Shown here piece by piece: positions 7,813-16,651 of a stretch of 32,000 nucleotides of DNA (its first letter is position 1; the number at the start of each line of letters is the position of its first letter). The position numbers and the translations under genes were made by a program. The stretch is taken from positions 690,001 through 722,000 of the forward strand of contig NC_022349.1 of NCBI RefSeq assembly GCF_000354175.2. Direction: 5' to 3'. The notes under the pieces are model-generated. The model ran no database searches, was not told the origin of the DNA, and saw only the letters and a list, made by a program, of their open reading frames with translations. The stretch is from Vibrio alginolyticus NBRC 15630 = ATCC 17749 (GTDB taxonomy: Bacteria; Pseudomonadota; Gammaproteobacteria; Enterobacterales; Vibrionaceae).

Positions 7813-10419
7813 CTATTCGTCTAGTGCTTTAGTCACTTTTTCGAATAGATCTTTAGCAAGATTATCCATTGCTTTGAGCTTTTCAAGTTCTGCACGAATC
7901 ATTGCTTGGCGAGCTTCATCGTATTTACGGAACTTAAGCAAAGGATCAATCATTCGAGAAGCTACTTGTGGGTTCGAATCATTTAGTTGGCGAAGAATTT
8001 CACCGGCAAACTGGTAACCTACACCGGATGTATCATGGAAACGTACAGGGTTCGCACTTAAGAACGAGCCAATTAAGCTGCGCGTACGGTTCGGATTTTT
8101 CAAACTAAATGCTTCGTGGTTCATGGTTGCTTTTACTTTTTCAAGAGCATCCTCTGCAGGATTGCTACCTTGAAGTGCAAACCACTTATCCATAACCAAA
8201 CCATCGTGCTTCCATTTATCGCTATAATCAGCCATAAGTACTTCACGACACTCGAGCTGAGCGTTATTTGCGGCACTCATCGCAGCAATCGTATCTGTCA
8301 TGTTATTTGCAGATGCGTACTGCGCGTTGACTAAATCATTACCTTTTTCCGTATATGCTAGGTACTGAAGGCAACGGTTACGTAAAGCACGCTTGCCAAT
8401 AGCAGCATGGTCGATCGTATACTCTGTTTGCTTAAGCGTGTGATAAGTCGCACTTAGCTCATCTTCTAATTCCTTAGAAAGTGACACTGTAATGCTGTTT
8501 AGCACTTTGTCTACGGCATCGATATCAATTTGCTGGTACCAACCAGTAATCTCATTGATTGAAGGCATAGAGAAAACTTGAGCAATGAAAGCTGGCTCAA
8601 GCGTTTCATCCAACAGCACACCGCGGAAAGCATCTATCACACCTTCAGAAAGCGATACTTCTTGTCCCGCTTGAACGTTTTTCACATTCTGACGAATGTA
8701 TTTAGCCAATAGCATTTGGCTAGCGTCCCATCGAGCAAAATCGTTCGTTGCGTGCTTCATCAAGAAGACTAACTCGTCATCGCTGTAATCGTATTCTAAT
8801 TTGACTGGTGCCGAGAATTCACGCAACAAAGATGGCACTGGCTGTTCTTCGACATTTTCAAATACGAACGTTTGCTTATCTTGTTTAATATCCAGCACGT
8901 TATGAACAAATTCACCGTTACTCATCAGTGGGATAACTTGACCTTTCGAATCATACAACTCGATATCGAACGGGATATGCAGCGCTTGTTTTTCTGCTTG
9001 GTCTTGCGTCGGCTCCGTAAATTGCTCTACCGTTAGTGCGTAAGTTTTTGCATCAGCGTTGTATTCGCTATTTACGCGTAGCGTTGGTGTACCCGATTGG
9101 CTGTACCACAAACGGAACTGTTTTAAATCAACACCGGTGGCATCTTCCATTGCAGAAACAAAGTCTTCACACGTCGCGGCGGTACCATCGTGACGTTCAA
9201 AATAAAGTTTCATTCCTTTTTGGAAGCCCTCTTCGCCAAGGAGTGTATGGTACATGCGAATAACTTCGCTGCCCTTTTCATACACCGTTAGCGTGTAGAA
9301 GTTATTCATCTCAATGACTTTGTCAGGACGAATCGGGTGAGACATTGGGCTTGCATCTTCCGCAAATTGAGGACCACGAATAATACGTACGTTATCAATA
9401 CGGTTATCAGCACGAGAGCCTAAGTCAGAAGAGAATTCTTGGTCACGGAATACGGTTAAGCCCTCTTTTAGACTTAGTTGGAACCAATCACGACAAGTGA
9501 CACGGTTGCCAGTCCAGTTGTGGAAGTACTCATGACCTATCACAGCTTCGATGCCTAAATAATCACGATCTGTCGCAGTTTGATCGTTCGCCAGAACATA
9601 TTTTGAGTTAAAAATGTTCAAGCCTTTGTTTTCCATTGCACCCATGTTGAAGAAATCAACAGCAACGATCATGTAAATATCCAGATCGTATTCCAGGCCA
9701 AAGCGTTCCTCATCCCACTTCATCGAGTTGATCAGCGATGTCATCGCATGACCTGCACGATCTAAGTTACCTTTATCAACAAAGATTTCTAAATCAACAC
9801 TGCGACCTGACATCGTTGTATATTTGTCACGCAATACATCAAAGTCGCCTGCAACAAGGGCGAACAAGTAAGCTGGTTTTGGATGCGGATCCTGCCATTG
9901 AACCCAGTGACGACCGTTCTCTGCATCGCCTTCTGCAATTCGGTTACCATTGCTCAGCAAATATGGGTAAGCAGCTTTATCTGCGATCACTTTTGTTGTG
10001 TATTTTGCTAGAACATCCGGACGGTCTAGATAGTACGTGATACGGCGAAAGCCCTCAGCCTCACACTGAGTACAAAATGCGCCGCCTGATTTGTACAAAC
10101 CTTCGAGTGCTGTATTCGCTTCAGGATCAATTTTGGTGACGATTTCAAGTTCAAACTCGGATGGAAGATCGGTCAGTACCAGCGATGACTCCTTCACCTC
10201 GTGATGAGCCCAATCCTCACCATTTACTTTTACAGCGCGTAGCTCAAGCCCTTCGCCATCGAGTTCTAGCGTTGTTGTATCGCCTTTTTGAGCAACTTTT
10301 GATACCGCCGTAACGATTGTGTCATTGTCATATAGATCAAAAGTAAGATCGATATCAGTAATCGCATGAGATGGCTCTTTATAATCTTTACGATATTTGG
10401 CCTGGGGAGCTTGAGACAT
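7813..10419 (-). CDS. pepN: Aminopeptidase N (M1 family zinc metallopeptidase)
   Basis: The ORF is colinear with E. coli PepN from the first residues (MSQAPQAKYRKDY vs MTQQPQAKYRHDY). It has the GAMEN motif and the HEYFHNWTGNRVT...LSLKEG zinc site. The start is set at ATG 10419, with AGGA 9 nt upstream. The ORF-track TTG at 10449 adds 10 residues that have no homology. Confidence 0.97.
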   Translation of the reverse strand: MSQAPQAKYRKDYKEPSHAITDIDLTFDLYDNDTIVTAVSKVAQKGDTTTLELDGEGLELRAVKVNGEDWAHHEVKESSLVLTDLPSEFELEIVTKIDPEANTALEGLYKSGGAFCTQCEAEGFRRITYYLDRPDVLAKYTTKVIADKAAYPYLLSNGNRIAEGDAENGRHWVQWQDPHPKPAYLFALVAGDFDVLRDKYTTMSGRSVDLEIFVDKGNLDRAGHAMTSLINSMKWDEERFGLEYDLDIYMIVAVDFFNMGAMENKGLNIFNSKYVLANDQTATDRDYLGIEAVIGHEYFHNWTGNRVTCRDWFQLSLKEGLTVFRDQEFSSDLGSRADNRIDNVRIIRGPQFAEDASPMSHPIRPDKVIEMNNFYTLTVYEKGSEVIRMYHTLLGEEGFQKGMKLYFERHDGTAATCEDFVSAMEDATGVDLKQFRLWYSQSGTPTLRVNSEYNADAKTYALTVEQFTEPTQDQAEKQALHIPFDIELYDSKGQVIPLMSNGEFVHNVLDIKQDKQTFVFENVEEQPVPSLLREFSAPVKLEYDYSDDELVFLMKHATNDFARWDASQMLLAKYIRQNVKNVQAGQEVSLSEGVIDAFRGVLLDETLEPAFIAQVFSMPSINEITGWYQQIDIDAVDKVLNSITVSLSKELEDELSATYHTLKQTEYTIDHAAIGKRALRNRCLQYLAYTEKGNDLVNAQYASANNMTDTIAAMSAANNAQLECREVLMADYSDKWKHDGLVMDKWFALQGSNPAEDALEKVKATMNHEAFSLKNPNRTRSLIGSFLSANPVRFHDTSGVGYQFAGEILRQLNDSNPQVASRMIDPLLKFRKYDEARQAMIRAELEKLKAMDNLAKDLFEKVTKALDE

Positions 10420-10440
10420 GAGCATAAATCCTTGTATGTC

Positions 10441-10487
10441 GAACAACAAAAATACCAGACTGCATGATCAAAAATGCAGTTCTGGTA
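10441..10487 (-). promoter_or_regulatory. Long hairpin plus T-rich tail in the pepN leader/promoter (terminator-like, function unknown)
   Basis: The minus strand reads ATACCAGAACTGCAT-ttttgatc-ATGCAGTCTGGTAT (14 bp, one bulged base) followed by TTTTGTTGTT. It ends about 12 nt before the pepN SD. Confidence 0.4.
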
Positions 10488-10542
10488 TCACTATATAAGC
10501 TATTTGTAGGGGTTGTGGTATCAGAATACAAGTCTTTCTATC

Positions 10543-10579
10543 AAAAAACGGAGCTTTTAGTGCTCTAGCTCCGTTTTTT
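10543..10579. terminator. Bidirectional rho-independent terminator; terminates the 221-aa secreted-protein gene
   Basis: AACGGAGCT (10547-10555) and AGCTCCGTT (10567-10575) form a perfect 9-bp stem, flanked by A6 and T6 runs. Confidence 0.8.
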
Positions 10580-10645
10580 GATTAACATTTAAACAACATT
10601 AATGACTTACCGTACGCACGCGTAATTTGGCGCATGTTAAAGGCA

Positions 10646-11311
10646 TCATGGCGTAACTCTATTGAGTACGGCGTACATATCACCATTGGAATCTTCGATC
10701 GTTAGCTCATTCTTGTTGAGCTTATACGTGGTTCCATGCTCGCCATTTTCATACAACAGAACCAAAAACTCATCTTCTGTGTAAAACACACCTTGTTTGA
10801 TGGACTCATCCCCTTCTTCGTTCGAAACCCTAAACATGAACACGAAATCAGGTTGAAGTATCAAATCCATCTGATTAATGTTGTTGGCCACAAGACCGTC
10901 GCCAGATACGTGAGAGCTAGACCAAATACCTGCAAGTGAATTGGATAATCCCTTAGTGAATGTTACACCATTAAGATCAAGCGTATTATGGTTGTTGCGA
11001 TAGGCATAAATTTGAGGCTCGTCGGTGTTTAAACCAAGAACGATGGTGTCTTCATTTGCGTTATACAGCCCTTCCCAATGGTCAACGGAATAGTCTTTCT
11101 TTTGAATATCAATAGAAAAGCTGTAGTCAGAACCTAATGAGAGTTTGATCGCACGAAAGTTTTCAGCCGACTCTTCGGGGTTTGGGTTCATCAAATACCA
11201 GTCTCCGATGAGAAACGGCGTGTCAAAGTGACTTAATTCATCTTCTCTGGTGTTTTCTCCACCAAACACACTAAAGCAGCAAAAGCTAAGTAAAATAAAG
11301 AACCACTTCAT
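10646..11311 (-). CDS. Secreted/periplasmic protein of unknown function with two tandem lipocalin-like (GxW) repeats
   Basis: The N-terminal signal peptide is MKWFFILLSFCCFSVFG, and AAGGAT lies 6 nt upstream of the ATG. The two halves align with each other: GDW..IKLSLGSDYSFSI..EGLYNANEDTIVL..YRNNHNTLDL against GIW..MDLILQPDFVFMF..QGVFYTEDEFLVL..YKLNKNELTI. Confidence 0.7.
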   Translation of the reverse strand: MKWFFILLSFCCFSVFGGENTREDELSHFDTPFLIGDWYLMNPNPEESAENFRAIKLSLGSDYSFSIDIQKKDYSVDHWEGLYNANEDTIVLGLNTDEPQIYAYRNNHNTLDLNGVTFTKGLSNSLAGIWSSSHVSGDGLVANNINQMDLILQPDFVFMFRVSNEEGDESIKQGVFYTEDEFLVLLYENGEHGTTYKLNKNELTIEDSNGDMYAVLNRVTP

Positions 11312-11452
11312 ATCGGCATCCTTATCGTTTTCTTTTAGCTTAGCCAGTAGTCCTCACTTTCGCGAAATTTTAGATGTAGATCACGTAAATTATTGGGGGA
11401 AAATAAGCGAATATCTTGCTCGATATCGAGACAGCGGAAGGCAAAAAGGCAT

Positions 11453-11487
11453 AAAAAAAGAGTGAATCTGAAAGACTCACTCTTTTT
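11453..11487. terminator. Bidirectional rho-independent terminator; terminates prc
   Basis: AGAGTGA (11459-11465) and TCACTCT (11477-11483) form a stem flanked by an A7 run and a T5 run, about 20 nt downstream of the prc stop. Confidence 0.75.
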
Positions 11488-11505
11488 ATTCTAAATTGCC
11501 AGTTA

Positions 11506-13512
11506 TTATGACTGATTTTCCTGCTTAAGTAGATCGACCATAATCGCGACAGACTCATCTAAATAAACATCAGGAGCCTCGTAGTCTTTTGGTATGTCAT
11601 CCAATGTTTTGAATGCTTTTTTACCCAAAGCAACTTGACGTTCATTTATGCGTTGTAATCGAAGGGCTTCCGCTTTATCCGATTCAGCTTTACGAACTTT
11701 TTCGTTCAAAGACAAAGTATTATCGTCTTTTTCTTTACGATATTTCTCGATGTCTTCATTGATAAAGCGGAACTCCATCTCATCAGAAATACGCTTGTTA
11801 TGAAGAGCAGTAAGTTTTTCAACTAAGGCGTCGTTACTTGGAAACGTTTGATATTGTGCCTTATCAATCTGATCCCAAGGTAAAGCATTGTCTTCAACAC
11901 TTTCACCTGTTTCAGAAGCCTCAATTGGCGTTGGGTACGAAATATCTGGTGCAACACCACGATTTTGCGTACTTCCACCGTCAATACGATAAAATTTCTG
12001 AATCGTGTACTGAACATAACCTAGCTCTTTATCGAACAGATCATAAATATGATTCAGTGAACGATGTTGCTGAACTGTACCTTTACCGAAAGAGTTTTCA
12101 CCTAAGATGATTGCACGATTATAATCTTGCATTGCCGCTGCAAAAATTTCAGATGCTGAAGCACTGTAGCGGTTAATCAATACCGTCAATGGGCCATCAT
12201 AACTCACTTTTCCATCGGTATCGGCATTCACCTTGATGCGGCCATAGCTGTCACGAACTTGAACTACAGGACCTTCTTTAATGAATAAACCTGTCAATGC
12301 CGTTGCTTCTGTTAGCGCACCACCGCCATTGTTGCGTAGATCAACGATTACGCCGTCAACGTTTTTGGTTTTCAACTCAGCTAGTAATTTATCGGTGTCT
12401 TTCGATAAGCCGACGTAGAAACTTGGTACTTCTAAAATACCAATCTTCTTACCGTCTTTTTCGATGATTTCTGACTTAACTGCACGATCTTCTAAGCGAA
12501 CTTTGTCACGAACAATTGTGACAATGTAACTCTTCGCATCGTTACCTTCTGGCAAGATCTGTAGATTAACCTTTGTGCCTTTAGGGCCTTTGATTAACTG
12601 AACAACATCATCCAGACGCCAACCGATCACGTCGACAATTTCTTCACCGTCTTGTCCAACACCAGTGATTCGGTCCCCTTCACCAAGTTGCTTACTCTTT
12701 GAGGCCGGACCGCCAACAACAAGTGAACGAATTACTGTGTAATCGTCTGTCATTTGCAAAACGGCGCCGATACCTTCTAGAGAAAGGTTCATTTCCGATT
12801 GGAATTGCTCGGCATTACGTGGAGAAAGGTAGCTTGTATGAGGGTCAACCTGTCGCGCGAAGGCATTCATATACAACTGAAATGCGTCTTCATTGTTGGT
12901 CTGTGTGATGCGCTTCATCGCGTTGTTATAACGCTTCTCTAAAACTTCTTTAATCTCTGGCCACTCTTTGCCAGTCAGTTTCAGATTTAACGCGTCATAT
13001 TTCACACGCTTGCGCCACAACTCGTTGAGCTCTGCTTCGTCTTTTGGCCATGCGGCCTCAGAGCGGTCTAACTCTATCTCGTCATCGGTATCAAACTTGA
13101 TCTCTTCATCGAGTAGAGTTAACGCATAAGCAAAACGATCGAAACGCTTCTGCATTGAGAGGTTGTAAACATCAAAAGCAATTTGGTTGTTGCCCGATTT
13201 AAGCTGATCATCAAGCTCGACTGACCAATTTTTAAATGAATCGATGTCTGCTTGAGTGAAAATATTTCTATTGTAATCAAGCAACTCTACATAGCGTTCA
13301 AAGATCGCTTTAGAGAAATCATCATTGAGGCTGAAGTGCTTATAATGAGAGCGGGTAAATCGCGAGGTGACTCGTTTGCTAGCTGTTTCATGCTGAACTT
13401 CAGGAGAAAGAACCGGCAGGTCATCTTTATGTAGTTTGGCTTCAAGAGCCTGAGCTGATGCTGCTAGCCATAAGCTAGCAGCAATCAGGGTCACTTTTGA
13501 ACGGCAATTCAT
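11506..13512 (-). CDS. prc: Tail-specific (C-terminal processing) periplasmic protease Prc
   Basis: The 668-aa ORF is colinear with E. coli Prc (SRFTRSHY, DPHTxYLSPR, LSLEGIGAVLQM, PDZ region GDxIxGVGQ, S41 core RxNGGGALTEA and SASASEIFAAAMQDY). A signal peptide is present. Confidence 0.96.
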   Translation of the reverse strand: MNCRSKVTLIAASLWLAASAQALEAKLHKDDLPVLSPEVQHETASKRVTSRFTRSHYKHFSLNDDFSKAIFERYVELLDYNRNIFTQADIDSFKNWSVELDDQLKSGNNQIAFDVYNLSMQKRFDRFAYALTLLDEEIKFDTDDEIELDRSEAAWPKDEAELNELWRKRVKYDALNLKLTGKEWPEIKEVLEKRYNNAMKRITQTNNEDAFQLYMNAFARQVDPHTSYLSPRNAEQFQSEMNLSLEGIGAVLQMTDDYTVIRSLVVGGPASKSKQLGEGDRITGVGQDGEEIVDVIGWRLDDVVQLIKGPKGTKVNLQILPEGNDAKSYIVTIVRDKVRLEDRAVKSEIIEKDGKKIGILEVPSFYVGLSKDTDKLLAELKTKNVDGVIVDLRNNGGGALTEATALTGLFIKEGPVVQVRDSYGRIKVNADTDGKVSYDGPLTVLINRYSASASEIFAAAMQDYNRAIILGENSFGKGTVQQHRSLNHIYDLFDKELGYVQYTIQKFYRIDGGSTQNRGVAPDISYPTPIEASETGESVEDNALPWDQIDKAQYQTFPSNDALVEKLTALHNKRISDEMEFRFINEDIEKYRKEKDDNTLSLNEKVRKAESDKAEALRLQRINERQVALGKKAFKTLDDIPKDYEAPDVYLDESVAIMVDLLKQENQS

Positions 13513-13529
13513 GCGTAGGAGTATCTCCT

Positions 13530-14156
13530 TTATGCGCGCAAGTGCTCCGCTTTCACAACCATTTGTAGGCCGTTAGCAAGTTGAACACGTACATCATCCT
13601 TATTGATTTCAACAATGGTCGCTGCCATGTTTCCTTTGCCCATGTTCACGTTAACTGCGTTACCTACTGTGATTTCATCAGCATTTAGAGCGCGCGTTTC
13701 TACAGGCTTAGTTGGTTTTTGTACTTTTGGTTTATTAGTACGACGAGGCTGTTGAGGCTTTTTAGCCGCAGGTTTCGCTTTCGCCTTACCCTCTTCACGA
13801 GCTTTTTGTGCTTGTTCTTTACGACGAGCCTGAACTTTCGCCTTGCTTTCTGCAAGTGTCGCTTTCGCGTGTTCAACGTGCTCTTCTTCTAGCTCACCAC
13901 AAGGGTTGCCATCTAGGTCTACACGTACTGCACCTGGTTTTACACCGTGTAGGTAACGCCATGATGAAGTGTACTGTCTTAACGCTGCACGAAGCTGTGT
14001 TTTGCTTACTTTTTCGTCTTCATTTAGACGTTCCGCAAGATCTTGAAAAATACCAATTTTCAGAGGTTTTGCTTCACCTTCTAAAGTAAAGCACTTAGGG
14101 AAACATTCAGCAATATATGCAATAACTTCTTTGCTGTTTTTTAACTTTTCAGTCAT
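13530..14156 (-). CDS. proQ: RNA chaperone ProQ
   Basis: From [23 protein letters not shown].. it aligns with E. coli ProQ (..[27 protein letters not shown], [28 protein letters not shown]). It has a basic linker and a Tudor-like C-terminus. The start is ATG 14156; the 24 upstream residues in the ORF track have no homology. It lies 17 nt upstream of prc, as in E. coli. Confidence 0.93.
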   Translation of the reverse strand: MTEKLKNSKEVIAYIAECFPKCFTLEGEAKPLKIGIFQDLAERLNEDEKVSKTQLRAALRQYTSSWRYLHGVKPGAVRVDLDGNPCGELEEEHVEHAKATLAESKAKVQARRKEQAQKAREEGKAKAKPAAKKPQQPRRTNKPKVQKPTKPVETRALNADEITVGNAVNVNMGKGNMAATIVEINKDDVRVQLANGLQMVVKAEHLRA

Positions 14157-14253
14157 GAGGGGTCCTGATTTGAGCGGATTTCCGCGAGCATTAAGAAAAA
14201 ATATTCTCGTATTATAGTGACATGCCAAGGAAAAACCACACTCGAAGGCTAAT

Positions 14254-14727
14254 TTATGCGTCGTTCGCGTGTGAATTAAGCAGCTTTTCTACTTCAACCA
14301 TGAAATGAGTGAGACCTTCTTCGTCTGTTTCATTAAATCGGCCAATACTTGGACTATCAATATCAAGTACACCAACCACCTTTCCATTAATAGAAAATGG
14401 AATCACAATTTCTGAATTGCTCGCTGCATCGCACGCAATATGCCCCTCAAATTCGTGAACGTCGTATACTCTTTGTATAGTATTAGTTTGTGCAGCAGTA
14501 CCGCAGACGCCTCGACCCATTGGGATACGAACACAAGCTGGTTTTCCTTGGAACGGACCAAGAACAAGCTCTTCACCTTTTGTTAGGTAAAAGCCTGCCC
14601 AGTTAAGATCGTCAAGTTCCATGAAAAGCAATGAGCTCAAGTTTGCTAGGTTCGCAATAAAGTCTGGTTCAGACTCAATTAGAGCAACAGCTTGTTTGGT
14701 TAGTCTTTGGTATTGTTCTAAGTTCAT
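14254..14727 (-). CDS. msrC: GAF-domain free methionine-(R)-sulfoxide reductase (YebR/MsrC)
   Basis: The 157-aa ORF matches E. coli MsrC motifs (NWAGFYL, [25 protein letters not shown], [14 protein letters not shown]). It has the same position relative to proQ as in E. coli. AGGAAG lies 5 nt upstream of the ATG. Confidence 0.9.
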   Translation of the reverse strand: MNLEQYQRLTKQAVALIESEPDFIANLANLSSLLFMELDDLNWAGFYLTKGEELVLGPFQGKPACVRIPMGRGVCGTAAQTNTIQRVYDVHEFEGHIACDAASNSEIVIPFSINGKVVGVLDIDSPSIGRFNETDEEGLTHFMVEVEKLLNSHANDA

Positions 14728-14819
14728 ATTAACTTCCTACTTACTATAAAAGCTTCCATTCTCAATGTATGGCGCTAAAATGCAGCCCTACTTTATAATA
14801 GGACTTATTCTCAATTACA

Positions 14820-16616
14820 ATGCTTCTGAAAAATGACACTATTAGCCGTTCTTGGTTGATAACACAAGTAAAAAAGCACAAGTCCAAGCTGATCATAGCG
14901 AACTTGATAGCGGTGCTTGCAACCTTGATTAGTGTTCCAATTCCCCTCCTCATGCCTTTGATGGTTGATGAGGTCTTATTGGACCAACCTGCAAAAGGCT
15001 TAGACGCCATGAATGCCATTCTCCCTGAAGCGTGGCACACTCCGACAGGCTATATTTTCTTCACCCTGTTCTTGGTTGTTCTTATGCGAGCTGCGAGCCA
15101 AGGATTAAATATCCTTCAAAGCCGACAATTTACGCTTGTTTCAAAAACCATCACGTTTGAGATGCGCAGTAAAATGATCGACAAACTCGGCCGTATCAGC
15201 ATCCGACAATACGAAACCAAAGGTAGCGGAGGAATCAACGCACACCTTATCACTGACATTGAGACCATTGATAAATTTATTGGTTCTACGTTAGCAAAAT
15301 TCGTTATCAGTTTTCTGACTGTTATTGGTACTGCTATCGTTCTACTTTGGCTCGATTGGCGACTTGGTCTGTTTATCCTGTTAGTTAACCCTATTGTCAT
15401 TTACTTCTCACGTAAACTAGGCAGTATGGTTAAACATCTGAAACGGAAGGAAAATCATTCTTTTGAAATTTTCCAAAACCGTTTGGTTGAAACATTAGAT
15501 GGAATCTACCAACTACGCGCAGCCAATAAAGAGCGAGAATTCCTCCAACAACTCAAAGACAGTGCGAACCAAGTTCGCGTTGATGCAGACAAGTATGCTT
15601 GGCAATCTGAAGCGGCTGGTCGCGTTTCTTTTCTTCTCTTTTTGATCGGCTTTGAATTATTCAGAGCTGTCGCAATGTTAATGGTCATGTTCAGTGACCT
15701 TACTATTGGCCAAATATTTGCCGTTTTTGGTTACCTATGGTTCATGCTTTCTCCTGTTCAAGAGTTGCTTGGGATTCAGTTTTCTTGGTACAGCGCTAAA
15801 GCCGCATTAAAACGCATCAACGACTTATTAGAGTTAGAAGAAGAGCAGAGACCGGTTCCTAAGGTAAATCCTTTCAAAGAAGGTAGAGAAGTTGACGTTA
15901 AAGTAGAAAACATTAATTTCTCTTACAATAATGAAAACAAAGTCCTAGATAATCTTTCTTTACATATGCCGGCAGGAAAGAAAGTGGCGTTAGTTGGCGC
16001 AAGCGGCGGTGGTAAGTCAACCTTGATACAATTACTTATTGGGGTTTACCGTCAAAACTCCGGTAGCATTCGCTTTAATGATGAATTAACAGAAGATATT
16101 GGTTTTGAAGTAATTCGCGACAAAATTGCCGTGGTATTACAGCAACCTATACTATTTAACGACACCTTGAGGCATAATCTAACGCTTGGTGGGGATTTTG
16201 ACGAAATGTCACTTTGGCGTGCGCTTGAAGTGGCTCAGCTGCAAGATGTTATTTCTCAACTGAACCACGGCTTGGATACTCAAGTTGGTCGTAATGGCAT
16301 TCGTTTGTCAGGAGGTCAACGACAACGGCTTGCCATTGCTAGAATGGTGCTGAGTAATCCTCAATTTGTTATTTTAGACGAAGCCACGTCTGCGCTAGAT
16401 ACCGCTACTGAAGCGGCTTTACACAAAGCACTGACCGAGTTCTTACGTGGTAGAACAACATTAATCGTTGCGCACCGACTATCCGCTGTTAAACAAGCAG
16501 ATTTGATCTACGTGCTTGAAGATGGGAAAGTGACGCAAACAGGTACTCATGGTGAGTTAGTTGAGCAAGAAGGCTTATATCAAACCTTATATGGGGGCAT
16601 ACAGTCCCACGCTTAA
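14820..16616 (+). CDS. ABC exporter, fused permease/ATPase half-transporter (MsbA/type IV exporter-like), substrate unknown
   Basis: The 598-aa ORF has an N-terminal six-helix ABC_membrane-type domain. It carries Walker A GASGGGKST, the signature LSGGQRQRLAIAR, Walker B FVILDEATSALD and an H-loop IVAHRL. No obvious SD precedes ATG 14820. Confidence 0.9.
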   Translation: MLLKNDTISRSWLITQVKKHKSKLIIANLIAVLATLISVPIPLLMPLMVDEVLLDQPAKGLDAMNAILPEAWHTPTGYIFFTLFLVVLMRAASQGLNILQSRQFTLVSKTITFEMRSKMIDKLGRISIRQYETKGSGGINAHLITDIETIDKFIGSTLAKFVISFLTVIGTAIVLLWLDWRLGLFILLVNPIVIYFSRKLGSMVKHLKRKENHSFEIFQNRLVETLDGIYQLRAANKEREFLQQLKDSANQVRVDADKYAWQSEAAGRVSFLLFLIGFELFRAVAMLMVMFSDLTIGQIFAVFGYLWFMLSPVQELLGIQFSWYSAKAALKRINDLLELEEEQRPVPKVNPFKEGREVDVKVENINFSYNNENKVLDNLSLHMPAGKKVALVGASGGGKSTLIQLLIGVYRQNSGSIRFNDELTEDIGFEVIRDKIAVVLQQPILFNDTLRHNLTLGGDFDEMSLWRALEVAQLQDVISQLNHGLDTQVGRNGIRLSGGQRQRLAIARMVLSNPQFVILDEATSALDTATEAALHKALTEFLRGRTTLIVAHRLSAVKQADLIYVLEDGKVTQTGTHGELVEQEGLYQTLYGGIQSHA

Positions 16617-16628
16617 ATCGTTCAAGCT

Positions 16629-16651
16629 AGAGAGGTCGTTATGACCTCTCT
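16629..16651 (+). promoter_or_regulatory. Perfect 9-bp hairpin sequestering the letA SD and start codon
   Basis: AGAGAGGTC (16629-16637), loop gttat, GACCTCTCT (16643-16651). The SD GAGAGG lies entirely in the 5' arm. The A and T of the ATG (16641-16643) are in the loop and the G is in the 3' arm. No T-run follows, so it is not a terminator. Confidence 0.6.

Noticed and set aside
13513-13529. A small stem AGGAG-ata-CTCCT overlapping the prc SD in the 17-nt proQ-prc junction.
   Set aside because: It has only 5 bp and a 3-nt loop. That is too weak to argue for regulation and is likely incidental.
14762-15040. A 92-aa minus-strand ORF spanning the msrC/ABC divergent promoter region and the 5' end of the ABC gene.
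   Set aside because: It overlaps the N-terminal TM region of the ABC exporter in antisense. It has no SD and no recognisable similarity. A 9-bp direct repeat ATTCTCAAT (14757-14765 and 14806-14814) in this spacer was noted, but it is too short to interpret.
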